64,000 nt of DNA from an uncultured archaeon (GCA_964540145.1 CAZILS010000001.1:277540-341539), one strand, 5' to 3'. Positions 27,930 to 37,093 are shown, numbered from the stretch's first letter. Numbers and translations are program-made. Notes: generated by a model from the sequence alone, not told the origin.

Positions 27930-28369
27930 AACTTAACCTGCTCCTCTTTTAGGGTGTTCAGGATTATCTGTGTTTCAGTGCGCTCGATAAAGTCATAGGT
28001 CTGTATCTTCTTGATGAATGCATCGAACGCCTGCCTGTTCCTGTGCCTCACAAGGACAACAACATCCCACGGCCCCGTGACATCATAAACCGCGCAGACA
28101 TTCGGGTTTACCGCAATCTTCCTCTCGACCTCGAACAGCTTTCCCTTCGAAACCTTGACTGTGACAATCGCCTCAAACTCGTAGCCCATCTTTGGATAGT
28201 CAAATATCGCGGAATACTTCCTTATAACCCCTTTCTCTTCCAACGCCTGTACCCTCTTTATCACAGTCCCTGTCGCAAGCTTTGCCCTCTTGGCAAGCTT
28301 ATTGAAGGACATCCTTGCGTTCTTCACCAATTCGTTCAAAATAGCCGCGTCATTTTTGTCAATTTGCAT
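27926..28369 (-). CDS. lrp: Lrp/AsnC family transcriptional regulator
   Basis: N-terminal HTH (DKNDAAILNELVKNARMSFNKLAKRAKLATGTVIKRVQALEEKGVI) followed by a RAM domain. It is divergent from glnA. Confidence 0.85.
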   Translation of the reverse strand: MQIDKNDAAILNELVKNARMSFNKLAKRAKLATGTVIKRVQALEEKGVIRKYSAIFDYPKMGYEFEAIVTVKVSKGKLFEVERKIAVNPNVCAVYDVTGPWDVVVLVRHRNRQAFDAFIKKIQTYDFIERTETQIILNTLKEEQVKF

Positions 28370-28522
28370 GTTTCTTCACCATATTTGTTCAATATAAAAT
28401 AAATATGTTGCACAAACGTTAAAAAACCCACCTATTCCGTGCCTAAACTGGACAAATTTTAGCCCAAAACCCAGAAACATTTATAAATAACCGATGCGCT
28501 TATGGTTAGAGAGGTGATTTTT

Positions 28523-29854
28523 ATGGACTCCAAGGCAGTATTGCAGAAAGCAAAAAAAGACGGCGTCAAGTTCGTTGAATTGCAGTTCACGGACATTTTC
28601 GGCGCCATAAAATCGGTGACTATCACCGCCGAAAGGCTGGATGAGGCGATTGGCAGAGGGATATGGTTTGACGGTTCGAGCATCGAGGGCTTCACAAGGA
28701 TATGCGAGAGCGACATGTACCTAATGCCGGACATTGACACTTACGCGGTCTTGCCCTGGAAGAGCAACGGCAACAACACAGCAAGGTTTATCTGCGACGT
28801 TTACACCCCCGACGGGAAGCCGTATGCAGGCGCCCCAAGGGCTGTGCTGAAGGCTATGCTCGAGAAGGCAAAAAAGCTCGGCTATATCTATAACGTCGGC
28901 CCTGAATTGGAGTTCTTCCTTTTCAAAAAGGATGAGTGCGGCTGTATGGTTCCGCACGATAGTGCAGGGTATTTTGACTATGCGCCGAGCGACATGGCGT
29001 CTGGCGTGAGGGAGATAATAACAAAGAACCTCGAGCAATTCGGCTTCGACGTCGAGATGCTGCACCATGAAGTTGCGCCCGGCCAGCACGAAATCGACTT
29101 CAAGTATGGCGAGGCCCTCATACAGGCCGACAGGGTGATGACCTTCAAGTATGTTGCGAAGACCATTGCGCAGGAGCACGGCCTTCACGCGAGCTTCATG
29201 CCCAAGCCCATATTCGGGGAGAACGGGAGCGGGATGCACGTGCACCAAAGCCTTTATGATGTGAAGAAGAAGACAAATGTTTTCTACGATGCAAAGGGCG
29301 AGTTCAAGGTAAGCGACATCGCAAGGTCATTCATAGCCGGCCAGCTGGAGCACGCGAGGGCATTCTGTGCGGTAACCGCCCCCACCGTAAATTCATACAA
29401 GCGTTTGGTTCCGGGTTATGAGGCTCCGGTCTATGCCTGTTATGGGCAAAAGAACCGCTCCGCAATGATTAGAATACCGAGGTACTCTCCGGGAAGGGAG
29501 CAAAGCACCCGCGCGGAGCTGAGGTGCCCCGATCCCTCTTCAAACCCATACCTTGCATTTGCGGTGATGCTTGCGGCAGGCATGGACGGCATGGAAAGGA
29601 AGCTTACCCCCCCGAAGGCGGTCGAGGAGAACGTCTATGAGTTCGACAAGGCAATGCTCGGGAAGAAGGGCATAGCAACCCTGCCGGGCTCTTTGGAAGA
29701 GGCAATCTGCGAACTTTCCAAGGACAAGGTAATGATGGATGCTCTCGGCGAAGATCTTGGGCCAAAGTTCGTCAAGGCGAAGAAGCAGGAATACGACAGC
29801 TTTAAGTTAGCTGTTACAGACTGGGAAAAAGACAGGTATTTCGGGGTTCTTTGA
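28523..29854 (+). CDS. glnA: Glutamine synthetase type I
   Basis: ORF 28502..29854. I prefer ATG 28523 because GGTGA lies 7 nt upstream. VKFVELQFTDIFG, FDGSSIEGF, GPELEFF, GSGMHVHQS and NRSAMIRIP motifs are present. Confidence 0.9.
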   Translation: MDSKAVLQKAKKDGVKFVELQFTDIFGAIKSVTITAERLDEAIGRGIWFDGSSIEGFTRICESDMYLMPDIDTYAVLPWKSNGNNTARFICDVYTPDGKPYAGAPRAVLKAMLEKAKKLGYIYNVGPELEFFLFKKDECGCMVPHDSAGYFDYAPSDMASGVREIITKNLEQFGFDVEMLHHEVAPGQHEIDFKYGEALIQADRVMTFKYVAKTIAQEHGLHASFMPKPIFGENGSGMHVHQSLYDVKKKTNVFYDAKGEFKVSDIARSFIAGQLEHARAFCAVTAPTVNSYKRLVPGYEAPVYACYGQKNRSAMIRIPRYSPGREQSTRAELRCPDPSSNPYLAFAVMLAAGMDGMERKLTPPKAVEENVYEFDKAMLGKKGIATLPGSLEEAICELSKDKVMMDALGEDLGPKFVKAKKQEYDSFKLAVTDWEKDRYFGVL

Positions 29855-30064
29855 ACCCCCCTTTTTCTTTTTTATTTTTCTATTTCACAGCGCCCAGCCG
29901 CTGCTGACCACAAGCGCCACAAGTATCGCTACCGTGAGAACCAACTTATACTTCAACATTTTCTTACACTCCCTGCATCACTGCCCCCAATACGCACGCC
30001 GGCATAGCCATAATTAGCTGTATTGGGAGCGAATTTTTTTATTCGTTATTCTTTAGTCTTTGTT

Positions 30065-31426
30065 TTATTTAAATCTTTTGGCATCCGTGCGCGGCATCCA
30101 TGCGCCTGTTTTGTAAATTGCGCCGCCTATTGCCGAGAACAGGACAAGACCGGCAACCATGCTCCACCAAATCCCCTCCAAACCAAAAATATTTTTCATG
30201 AAGAACGCAGCCGCGATAACGACAGCCCAGTTCAGGCCCATCAGCGCCGCGGAAAGCATTGTCCTCCCCGCGCCCTGGAAGACTGCGACAAGGAGCATTG
30301 CTATCCCCCTGAACACATAGCCGAGGGCAACGATGGAAAGGTATGTTGCGCCCATTGTAATCACGCCCTGCTCCGTAGTGAAAATCCCGAAAAATAGGCC
30401 CGGGAAAATTACCATGAATGCGGTTGCCGCCAGCATCAATGCGGAAACCCCCACAATCGCCACCTTCAGGGTTTTTCCCACTCTTTCGGGCTTTCCCGCG
30501 CCGAGGTTCTGCCCCGTAATCGCGACCAATGCGGACATCACGCCCACAACAGGCATCACCGCAAGCGAGTCTATCCTCAAACCAACGCCATATGCCGCAA
30601 TGGCAAAGCTCCCGAAGCCCGCAACCAGTGACATCATTATCATCATCCCCAACGAGTTTATCACGTTCCCGAACGAGGCGGGAATCCCCAGCCGGAAAAT
30701 TCTTTTCGCAATTTCCGGGCTGAATTTGAAATACCTCGGGCTTAATTCAATCTTTGTCTGCGCCTTCCCTGTGTAAAGGAACCCGATGACGAGCGCCGCG
30801 CCTATCGACCTCGCAATGACGGTCGCGAGCGCCGCCCCGGCAATGCCCAATGCGGGAAAGCCGAAAAGCCCGAATATCAGGAGGGGGTCGAGCACGATGT
30901 TCAGAAAAACCGCTATCAGGTTGAACTTGAAGGGGGTTTTTGAATCGCCTTCCGCCTGCAGTATCCCCTGCCCGACAAATCCCACGAACAGGAACGCAAA
31001 CCCTATGAAAATAAGCCTTGAGTACTCGACCGTAAGCGAAAGCACATTCCCTTCTGCCCCCATAAAAACGAATATCGGCTCGGAAAAGAGTATCCCCAAT
31101 ACCGCAATCACAATCCCGACAGCTGCGGAAAGCAGCAGGGCATGCTCGGCGGCATTTGCTGCCCTCCGCATGTTCTTTCTCCCTATGTTTTTGGAGACCA
31201 TTATCGTTGCGCCAACACTTAATCCGCTGGCAAGCGCGATGAATATGAACACAACAGGAAAGGTAAGGGAGACCGCGGCAAGGTCCTCTGCGCCAAGCAT
31301 CCCCACAAATATCGTGTCTATGATGTTGAACGCGGACTGCAGGAACATCCCTAGGACTATGGGGGCTGCAAGCATGATAAGATTCTTAAGAATGCTCCCT
31401 TCGGTGAGGTCTCTCCCCGGCTTCAT
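30065..31426 (-). CDS. MATE family efflux transporter
   Basis: 453 aa, 12 TM segments. N-terminal GSILKNLIMLAAPIVLGMFLQSAFNIIDTIFVG is typical of the MATE/NorM family. Confidence 0.85.
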   Translation of the reverse strand: MKPGRDLTEGSILKNLIMLAAPIVLGMFLQSAFNIIDTIFVGMLGAEDLAAVSLTFPVVFIFIALASGLSVGATIMVSKNIGRKNMRRAANAAEHALLLSAAVGIVIAVLGILFSEPIFVFMGAEGNVLSLTVEYSRLIFIGFAFLFVGFVGQGILQAEGDSKTPFKFNLIAVFLNIVLDPLLIFGLFGFPALGIAGAALATVIARSIGAALVIGFLYTGKAQTKIELSPRYFKFSPEIAKRIFRLGIPASFGNVINSLGMMIMMSLVAGFGSFAIAAYGVGLRIDSLAVMPVVGVMSALVAITGQNLGAGKPERVGKTLKVAIVGVSALMLAATAFMVIFPGLFFGIFTTEQGVITMGATYLSIVALGYVFRGIAMLLVAVFQGAGRTMLSAALMGLNWAVVIAAAFFMKNIFGLEGIWWSMVAGLVLFSAIGGAIYKTGAWMPRTDAKRFK

Positions 31427-31542
31427 TTGGCTATTGGGCAGGGGAAAGGATAAAAATGCTTACAGTCACTTTCTCACATTCACCTTAACCGTGAGAAAAA
31501 CAATTTTTTCACGCCATTGCCTAGCGGGATAATTATTATATA

Positions 31543-33147
31543 TCAATCCTCAATTGCCCTGTGCCATTTCCTCACAACAAGGGAAGCGGGCTTATTCCTC
31601 ACGCTCGACGACTTCTCGAAGCTGTACTTTTCCTTGAAATCATCCTCAACCCAGTAGCCCCATGTCATAACCCCCGCAAGCCATTCCTCATCAAGGGTTG
31701 AGCGGAAAAAAGCCTCGTACAAATCCGCCTGCGCAACCAAATCCTGCTTAACTTGGGGAGCGGAGGCCATCGGCTCAAACCACTCGTTCTTTGCCGAATA
31801 ATCCCTGCTCTGGTAGGCAAGCAGCATAACTATTGGCGTTCCGTATTTTTCATAGAAAGGCGTGTATAGCCTGCCGTTGGTTTCCCGCATCTTCTCCACG
31901 AGGGTTTCTATGGAAGGCCTTTCCTCCTCAGAAAGCATCTCCCATGAATACACAATCACAAAGTCTAGGTCATCGGCCCATACAATTTCGTTCAAATATG
32001 TCCCATAGCCGTCCTCAAAAACAACCTGGGTTAGCTTCCCATCATACACAGAGCGCACCTTCGCAATCAGGTTTCTCCACCTCTGTTCGAACTGCCTTTT
32101 CATGGGGCCCTCAAGCTGCTTTCCAAGCGCCAATACCTTGATATCATTTTCATTGGCTACTTTTGCGGCATACATCATGTAATTCTCAAAATTCTCAAAC
32201 CACGCATCCCAATACTCCTTCGCCTCCGGGTCGTCCGGGTTTGCGACTATCCTTTCCCCCATCTCCCTGTCCTTGGCCTGCCCCTCCGCCCATTTCTCGT
32301 TCAGCAGTTCAAAGAACGCATCCCAATCGTCCCCCAATGCAAGCCTTTCCTCCTCGGTCACGTTCCACTCGACTTCGGTGTACATCATAAAATTAAGGCC
32401 TTTGCTTTTGGCACCGCTTACAAAAGTCCCGAAGTCAGCATCGCTTGGCATCCCCGCGCCGAAATCAGTCTCGGCCTCGTTCACAAGCTTCGGCATGTTC
32501 TCCGCGTCAATGTAGCTCCAGTAATAGTCATAGGCGAACCACTCCCCCCCGTCCTCAACCATCGAATCATATGTCTCAAGAATATCGCCGTCCCTGACAT
32601 TGTTTGTGATGAAGCCGCCCGCATCCATCACAGTATGCCCCTTGATAAACCCGGGCTTGCTTACCTTCCCCGAACCTGTCCAGAGCAGCCCGTTCCTTAT
32701 CGCCTCGCCATACCTAACCTTGTATGAAAGCGTTTCCGTCCTCTTGTCCCCGGAAGAGTAATAATAACTCAGCCCATCCCCTACTTTCGCATCCATCCCC
32801 CCGCTTTCGAAATAGTAATTTGTTTCCCCTTCCATGGGAATTTCCTCGCCGTTCAGGTGGAGAACCAACCCCCTTTCCGTTTCGGGGACGGCAACCTCGA
32901 AGTTTATCTTAACGGGAGTTCCGGCAGGCAAATTTTCCCTTTGGTATTTCTCTATTTTTCCCGGAAGGTCCTCAACCGCGCCGATAATCCCTCCCGCCCC
33001 CTCTTGGACCGACTGTTTCAAACCCGCTTCGCTCCACTCCTCCCCCGTGCACCAGGGAGGAACAGGGCCTTCCCACTCGGCAGGGGGGCATATGCATCCG
33101 CTTAGCACAACCGAAAAAAAAACCAGTATTGCAATAATCCTGCGCAT
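31543..33147 (-). CDS. Secreted lipoprotein, C-terminal region possibly a glycoside-hydrolase-like TIM barrel
   Basis: ORF 31543..33300, trimmed to ATG 33147 (MRRIIAILVFFSVVLSGC signal/lipobox). The Trp/Tyr/acidic-rich C-terminal half resembles carbohydrate-active enzymes. The family is not firmly recognised. Confidence 0.5.
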   Translation of the reverse strand: MRRIIAILVFFSVVLSGCICPPAEWEGPVPPWCTGEEWSEAGLKQSVQEGAGGIIGAVEDLPGKIEKYQRENLPAGTPVKINFEVAVPETERGLVLHLNGEEIPMEGETNYYFESGGMDAKVGDGLSYYYSSGDKRTETLSYKVRYGEAIRNGLLWTGSGKVSKPGFIKGHTVMDAGGFITNNVRDGDILETYDSMVEDGGEWFAYDYYWSYIDAENMPKLVNEAETDFGAGMPSDADFGTFVSGAKSKGLNFMMYTEVEWNVTEEERLALGDDWDAFFELLNEKWAEGQAKDREMGERIVANPDDPEAKEYWDAWFENFENYMMYAAKVANENDIKVLALGKQLEGPMKRQFEQRWRNLIAKVRSVYDGKLTQVVFEDGYGTYLNEIVWADDLDFVIVYSWEMLSEEERPSIETLVEKMRETNGRLYTPFYEKYGTPIVMLLAYQSRDYSAKNEWFEPMASAPQVKQDLVAQADLYEAFFRSTLDEEWLAGVMTWGYWVEDDFKEKYSFEKSSSVRNKPASLVVRKWHRAIED

Positions 33148-33272
33148 CGCAAGGCTAATGTATAAACTCATAGAAAAAGCTTGCGGTTTCCGCTGAACTC
33201 GTTTCGCCAAACCGCGAAAATGAATGAAAAGAAAAAAAATCAATATTTGCTTTATTAACCAAAAAATTGGAA

Positions 33273-33416
33273 CTACTGGTCCCTTTTCTTCAGATAGCAT
33301 TCCCTGCAGTAGACAGGCCTTTTCCCGTCCGGCTTGAAAGGAACTTCAGTTTCGGCACCGCATTCTGCGCAAGTTACCTTGTGCATCTCTCTGGGGCCTC
33401 TGTCGTCATATCCCAT
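33273..33416 (-). CDS. 47-aa CxxC-x17-CxxC zinc-ribbon protein (not in the ORF track)
   Basis: My translation is MGYDDRGPREMHKVTCAECGAETEVPFKPDGKRPVYCRECYLKKRDQ-stop. It shows the CxxC-x17-CxxC spacing and FxPxxxRPVYCxxC pattern of a domain that is also found fused to archaeal DEAD-box helicases. Confidence 0.7.
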   Translation of the reverse strand: MGYDDRGPREMHKVTCAECGAETEVPFKPDGKRPVYCRECYLKKRDQ

Positions 33417-33711
33417 ATTTTTCACCTAATTTTTTTATTGGCATTGATTGCTCAACGCATATCTATATGCCCATCGTCAGCTTTATAAGGCAGGCGGTCG
33501 GGGCCGAATGTCCTAAAACCGCTAAAAAGGCTATTTAAGGCAAAAACAAACCTTTATAAAGGTTCGATGACCCAATTAGTATGTAGAAAAGAAAGAGTGG
33601 CTGAAAGTTAACCTGATTTTCTTAAATGAAAAAACTCTCCCATCCTGAATCAAGGAGGAGGAACGTTAGCTTCGTGCTTTTTCTTGGAAAAAAGCAAACA
33701 GGTGATACATA

Positions 33712-34830
33712 GTGAAATTCGAAGACTTAGGTCTAAACACAGAACTAGGCCATGCCATTGACGGTATGGGCTTTAAACAACCGTCGGACGTACAGGAAAA
33801 ATCAATACCGTGCATCCTTGAGGGAAAGGATGTCATAGCGCAGGCGAGGACCGGCACAGGAAAGACAGCCGCCTTCTCCATACCTCTGCTCGAGCAGCTT
33901 GCGGGGAGCAAGGCCGAGGTGCAGGCGCTTGTGGTTGTTCCCACACGGGAACTTGCCATGCAGGTTAAGAAGGAATTTAGCGACCTTGCGAAAGGCCAGA
34001 AAATTTATTGCCTTGCCGTATTTGGCGGGCAGAGCATAAACATGCAGTACAGTGATTTGAGGAAGGGGCAGCATGTTCTCGTTGCAACTCCCGGAAGGCT
34101 GATGGACTTTATGCAAAGGCGCTGGCTCAGCCTCGACAAGGTAAAATATGTTGTTCTGGACGAAGCGGACAAGATGCTCGACATGGGATTCAGGGACGAC
34201 ATTGATTTCATACTTTCAAGGTGCCCGGAGAAAAGGCAGACGATGCTTTTTTCGGCAACCATACCGGAGCCGATAATGTCGCTTGCGGAGAAGCATCTCA
34301 GCCCAGACAAGGAATTCCTGAATGTTTCCCAGGACAAGGTCGCTGTAGACGAGGTCGACCAGTATTACATAAGCGTCGACCCGCGGGAAAGGGTATCGGT
34401 GCTTGCGGACCTTATCTATGATAAGGGAATGAAGAGGTGCCTGATTTTTTGCAGAACGCAGAGGACCGCCGACTGGCTTTCAAACCAGCTCTATAGGAGA
34501 AAGGTAAAGGCCCGTTCAATCCACGGCGGCCTTTCGCAGAACATAAGGCAGCGCGTTCTTAAGGAATTTAAGGACGGGAAGACCGAGGTTCTCGTAGGCA
34601 CCGACCTTGTTGCAAGGGGTTTGCACATTGAGGACGTTTCCCATGTCATCAACTTTGATTTCCCGAAAGAAAGGGAAACCTACGTGCACAGAATCGGCAG
34701 GACTGCAAGGTTCGGAAAAAGGGGCGAGGCCATAACCTTCTGCACAAACCTCATGGATGTGCAGGAGATAGGGAGAATAGCGCAGGAAGTTAACACGCCT
34801 ATACACGAGCTTGTCGAGATGCCGCAGTAG
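33712..34830 (+). CDS. DEAD-box ATP-dependent RNA helicase
   Basis: GTG start with GGTGA 8 nt upstream. Q-motif (FKQPSDVQ), AQARTGTGKT, DEAD (VLDEADKM), SAT and HRIGRTAR motifs. Confidence 0.9.
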   Translation: MKFEDLGLNTELGHAIDGMGFKQPSDVQEKSIPCILEGKDVIAQARTGTGKTAAFSIPLLEQLAGSKAEVQALVVVPTRELAMQVKKEFSDLAKGQKIYCLAVFGGQSINMQYSDLRKGQHVLVATPGRLMDFMQRRWLSLDKVKYVVLDEADKMLDMGFRDDIDFILSRCPEKRQTMLFSATIPEPIMSLAEKHLSPDKEFLNVSQDKVAVDEVDQYYISVDPRERVSVLADLIYDKGMKRCLIFCRTQRTADWLSNQLYRRKVKARSIHGGLSQNIRQRVLKEFKDGKTEVLVGTDLVARGLHIEDVSHVINFDFPKERETYVHRIGRTARFGKRGEAITFCTNLMDVQEIGRIAQEVNTPIHELVEMPQ

Positions 34831-34846
34831 CTGCGGCAGGCCCCCC

Positions 34847-35767
34847 CTATTCGATGGTTCCTGCACCGATTACCCTCGGCCTGGCGCCTATATCGATAAG
34901 TGCAACCTTCTCCCCGCTTCTTGCGGCAATCGTTTTTCCAAGCTCAAGCACAAGGGGCTCTTTCGATTTTACCTTGCATCCCACAACCTGGAGCCTGCAC
35001 TGGAGATGTAATTGCACACCCTCCCCAAACTCCCCTTTCCAGAATTTGCTTCTGCCGAATGAAACCTTAACTTCATTTACGGGCTTGAATTCATCTCCTT
35101 CGGCAAGCACAAGCCCCCTCGAGAAGCCATCGGGGGTTATTCCCTTAAGCGAGAGGCCGACCCTGTCGTAGCATCCCGCGTCCTGCACATCCTTGTCCTG
35201 TTTCTGGATGGACTTAACAAGAGCCTCCTGCCTTTCACCGATGCCGGGAAAAACCCCGAGCTTCTGGAACTTTTCAACCTTTCCCCGCAAAACAAATCCA
35301 AGGCCGACAGTGCCGACACTTCTCACGGTGAACATGGAATCCATATCGACAATTGTTTCGCCATCCGCCTTCGCCATTTCGGTATTGCCTACCTTGCCAA
35401 GAATTTCATTTTTAGATATCCTTTCATACCCTTCAGCCACGGTTCCGGAAACCACCTTCCCAAGGAGCGTTTCATCCACAAGCTCCCCCGCAATGAGGAA
35501 GCCCTTTTCTTTTCCCATAGCGTCCAGCGCAACGATTATCTCCCCAAGAACAGCGTTTATTTCGTTCACTTCCAGCACAACGCACTGCGAGAGGTGCAGC
35601 GCCTGCAGCAAAGGGTTGATTTTCTCGGGATGCCCCTTCGGCAATATGAAGCTCAGCCTCCTTTCCCCATATGTGCGGTGGTAGAACTCGAGGTCTGATT
35701 CGCTTTCCCTTTTGCCCAGTTCCTTCGCAAGGCTTTCCGAAAAAATCGCGCAGTTAATGCTGTCCAT
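34847..35767 (-). CDS. EF-Tu/EF-1alpha-like protein with a degenerate (non-GTPase) G domain
   Basis: The central segment VRSVGTVGLGFVLRGKVEKFQKLGVFPG...AGCYDRVGLSLKGI...RGLVLA resembles EF-Tu beta-barrel domain II. The N-terminus (MDSINCAIFSESLAKELGK) has no GxxxxGK[ST], DxxG or NKxD motifs. Confidence 0.6.
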   Translation of the reverse strand: MDSINCAIFSESLAKELGKRESESDLEFYHRTYGERRLSFILPKGHPEKINPLLQALHLSQCVVLEVNEINAVLGEIIVALDAMGKEKGFLIAGELVDETLLGKVVSGTVAEGYERISKNEILGKVGNTEMAKADGETIVDMDSMFTVRSVGTVGLGFVLRGKVEKFQKLGVFPGIGERQEALVKSIQKQDKDVQDAGCYDRVGLSLKGITPDGFSRGLVLAEGDEFKPVNEVKVSFGRSKFWKGEFGEGVQLHLQCRLQVVGCKVKSKEPLVLELGKTIAARSGEKVALIDIGARPRVIGAGTIE

Positions 35768-36148
35768 TACCTAACCTTGCTGCGCGCGGTTTTTAACGCT
35801 ACCGTCCAAAGGCGCCCCGCGGGGCTGCGGGGCCATCAAGGCGGCGCGACGGTGCACTTCCGCAGCGCGACGGTGCACTTCCGCAGCTCTTGCTTCCTTG
35901 CTTACAACAAACGCCGTGGTGCACCACGTCTTTTCCTCGAATAGCCCCTGTTCTATCCCTCAAGTTTTTGAGTTGCTGTTGTAGGTTGCCTCTCCGCCCA
36001 ATGTCCCGGTTTCCGTGCAACTGCCCCCCGGCAACCCCGAGCACGACTTTTTTAATTACCGAAGGGCTATTTCCCCCATGCCCTCGACAAACGTCTCCCT
36101 GTTTGCCATGCACTGCCCGGGCAGCTCTCCATAACAGGGGTTTCCCGC
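35768..36148. ncRNA. Candidate structured ncRNA of unknown class (381-nt GC-rich intergenic segment)
   Basis: This long gap between two minus-strand genes contains many perfect helices and a 21-nt tandem duplication. It has no credible ORF. Class and strand are unresolved (see findings). Confidence 0.35.
35844..35885. repeat. Perfect tandem duplication, 2 x 21 nt (gcgcgacggtgcacttccgca)
   Basis: Read directly from the sequence. Copies are at 35844-35864 and 35865-35885. Confidence 0.95.
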
Positions 36149-36988
36149 CTACCCTACCCTGCTTATCCTTATCCCGTCCACCAGCAAGGCAACCTTGAAT
36201 TTCCCGCTTTTTTCGAGGGCCTTCAGCATGTTCTTCCACCTGTTCCTGAAGAACCTCCCGGCCTCACTCTTGGTTCTCCTCCCGCCGTACAATTCCCAAA
36301 CCTTTTCGGGGTATTCGGGGTAGTCCTCGAATATGTATGCCGTCCCGCCCTCCGCAAGGCTGTTTGCCGCCTTCCTCAAGGCAATGTGGGGCTGTGCGGA
36401 ATAATAAATCCCTCCAAAATATGAAACAACCAAGTCATAGTGCCTTTTCGGGAGGAAACTCTCCGCGGAAACCCCGGAGAATTTGTCGATGCCCCCCCGC
36501 CCTATGTTTTTCGCCATTTCCGGGCTTTTAGTGAGCGCAACAGCAGTGGTCTCAACCCTCTCCCCGAACTTTTCCTTAAGCTGCGACAGGAAATGGCCAT
36601 CGCCAGCCCCGATATCCAGCACAGCCGCCTTCCCCTTCCTTTCCAGGGTATCCTTCACCTCCCCCGCAAAGTCGACGTATTCGCCCGCCCCGGGGTCGAA
36701 GATGCTGTATGTGCAGGACCCTTCCGGGTCGTTGTCGAGCTTTCTGCCCAGCCTATAGCCCCTTTTTTTGTCGTATTGCCTGGAGCGCATTATCCCGGAT
36801 TTCAGCACGCTCCTCACATTGCCCTTCCGCAGCACCCTCTTCAGCTGCAGGTGGGCCCCCTCAATCTCTTTGTTGAGGTATTTTGGCCCCCGCCTTTCGG
36901 GCCCGGAACCTGTTCCCTGCGAAATTTTCCCATCAGGGCATTTCTTTTTTGCCCCCGCGGGCTTCCCCCCCTTTCCCGGTTTTGCCAT
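36149..36988 (-). CDS. Class I SAM-dependent methyltransferase with basic Gly/Lys-rich N-terminal extension
   Basis: Motif I VLDIGAGDGHF and a post-I acidic residue. N-terminus MAKPGKGGKPAGAKKK. A TATA-like TTTTTATT lies about 21 nt upstream of the ATG, which suggests a leaderless transcript. Confidence 0.75.
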   Translation of the reverse strand: MAKPGKGGKPAGAKKKCPDGKISQGTGSGPERRGPKYLNKEIEGAHLQLKRVLRKGNVRSVLKSGIMRSRQYDKKRGYRLGRKLDNDPEGSCTYSIFDPGAGEYVDFAGEVKDTLERKGKAAVLDIGAGDGHFLSQLKEKFGERVETTAVALTKSPEMAKNIGRGGIDKFSGVSAESFLPKRHYDLVVSYFGGIYYSAQPHIALRKAANSLAEGGTAYIFEDYPEYPEKVWELYGGRRTKSEAGRFFRNRWKNMLKALEKSGKFKVALLVDGIRISRVG

Positions 36989-37093
36989 AAATAAACAACC
37001 GCCCCGGAGAATAAAAAGAAAGGGGGTTTCCCTCCCTCGGGGAGGGGGCAGGCGGTGCCTGTCATACGGTAAATTCCCGCCTCCCGGAGTTGC
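36971..37093. repeat. Direct repeat copy A (123 bp, 1 mismatch versus copy B)
   Basis: Hand alignment with 39588-39710. The copies are identical except 36980 t versus 39597 c. Copy A covers the methyltransferase promoter and its first 6 codons. Confidence 0.9.

Noticed and set aside
29885-29959. 24-aa hydrophobic minus-strand peptide (MLKYKLVLTVAILVALVVSSGWAL) downstream of glnA
   Set aside because: It is too short to evaluate without conservation data. I note it only as a possible small membrane peptide.
35768-36148. Assignment of the structured segment as SRP RNA (AAGGAAGCA string resembling helix 8) or as a firm RNase P RNA
   Set aside because: The nucleotides preceding AAGGAAGCA cannot form the GNAR-capped helix 8. 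For RNase P, only a P4-like pairing and loose CR-I/CR-V resemblance could be found, with no P1, P2 or S-domain. I therefore report it only as a candidate RNA of unknown class.
35799-36239. 146-aa minus-strand ORF spanning the structured intergenic segment
   Set aside because: Its composition is Arg/Gly-rich. It overlaps the 3' end of the methyltransferase gene, and its internal repeat (SAPSRCGSAPSRR) merely reflects the 21-nt DNA duplication. I treated the region as non-coding.
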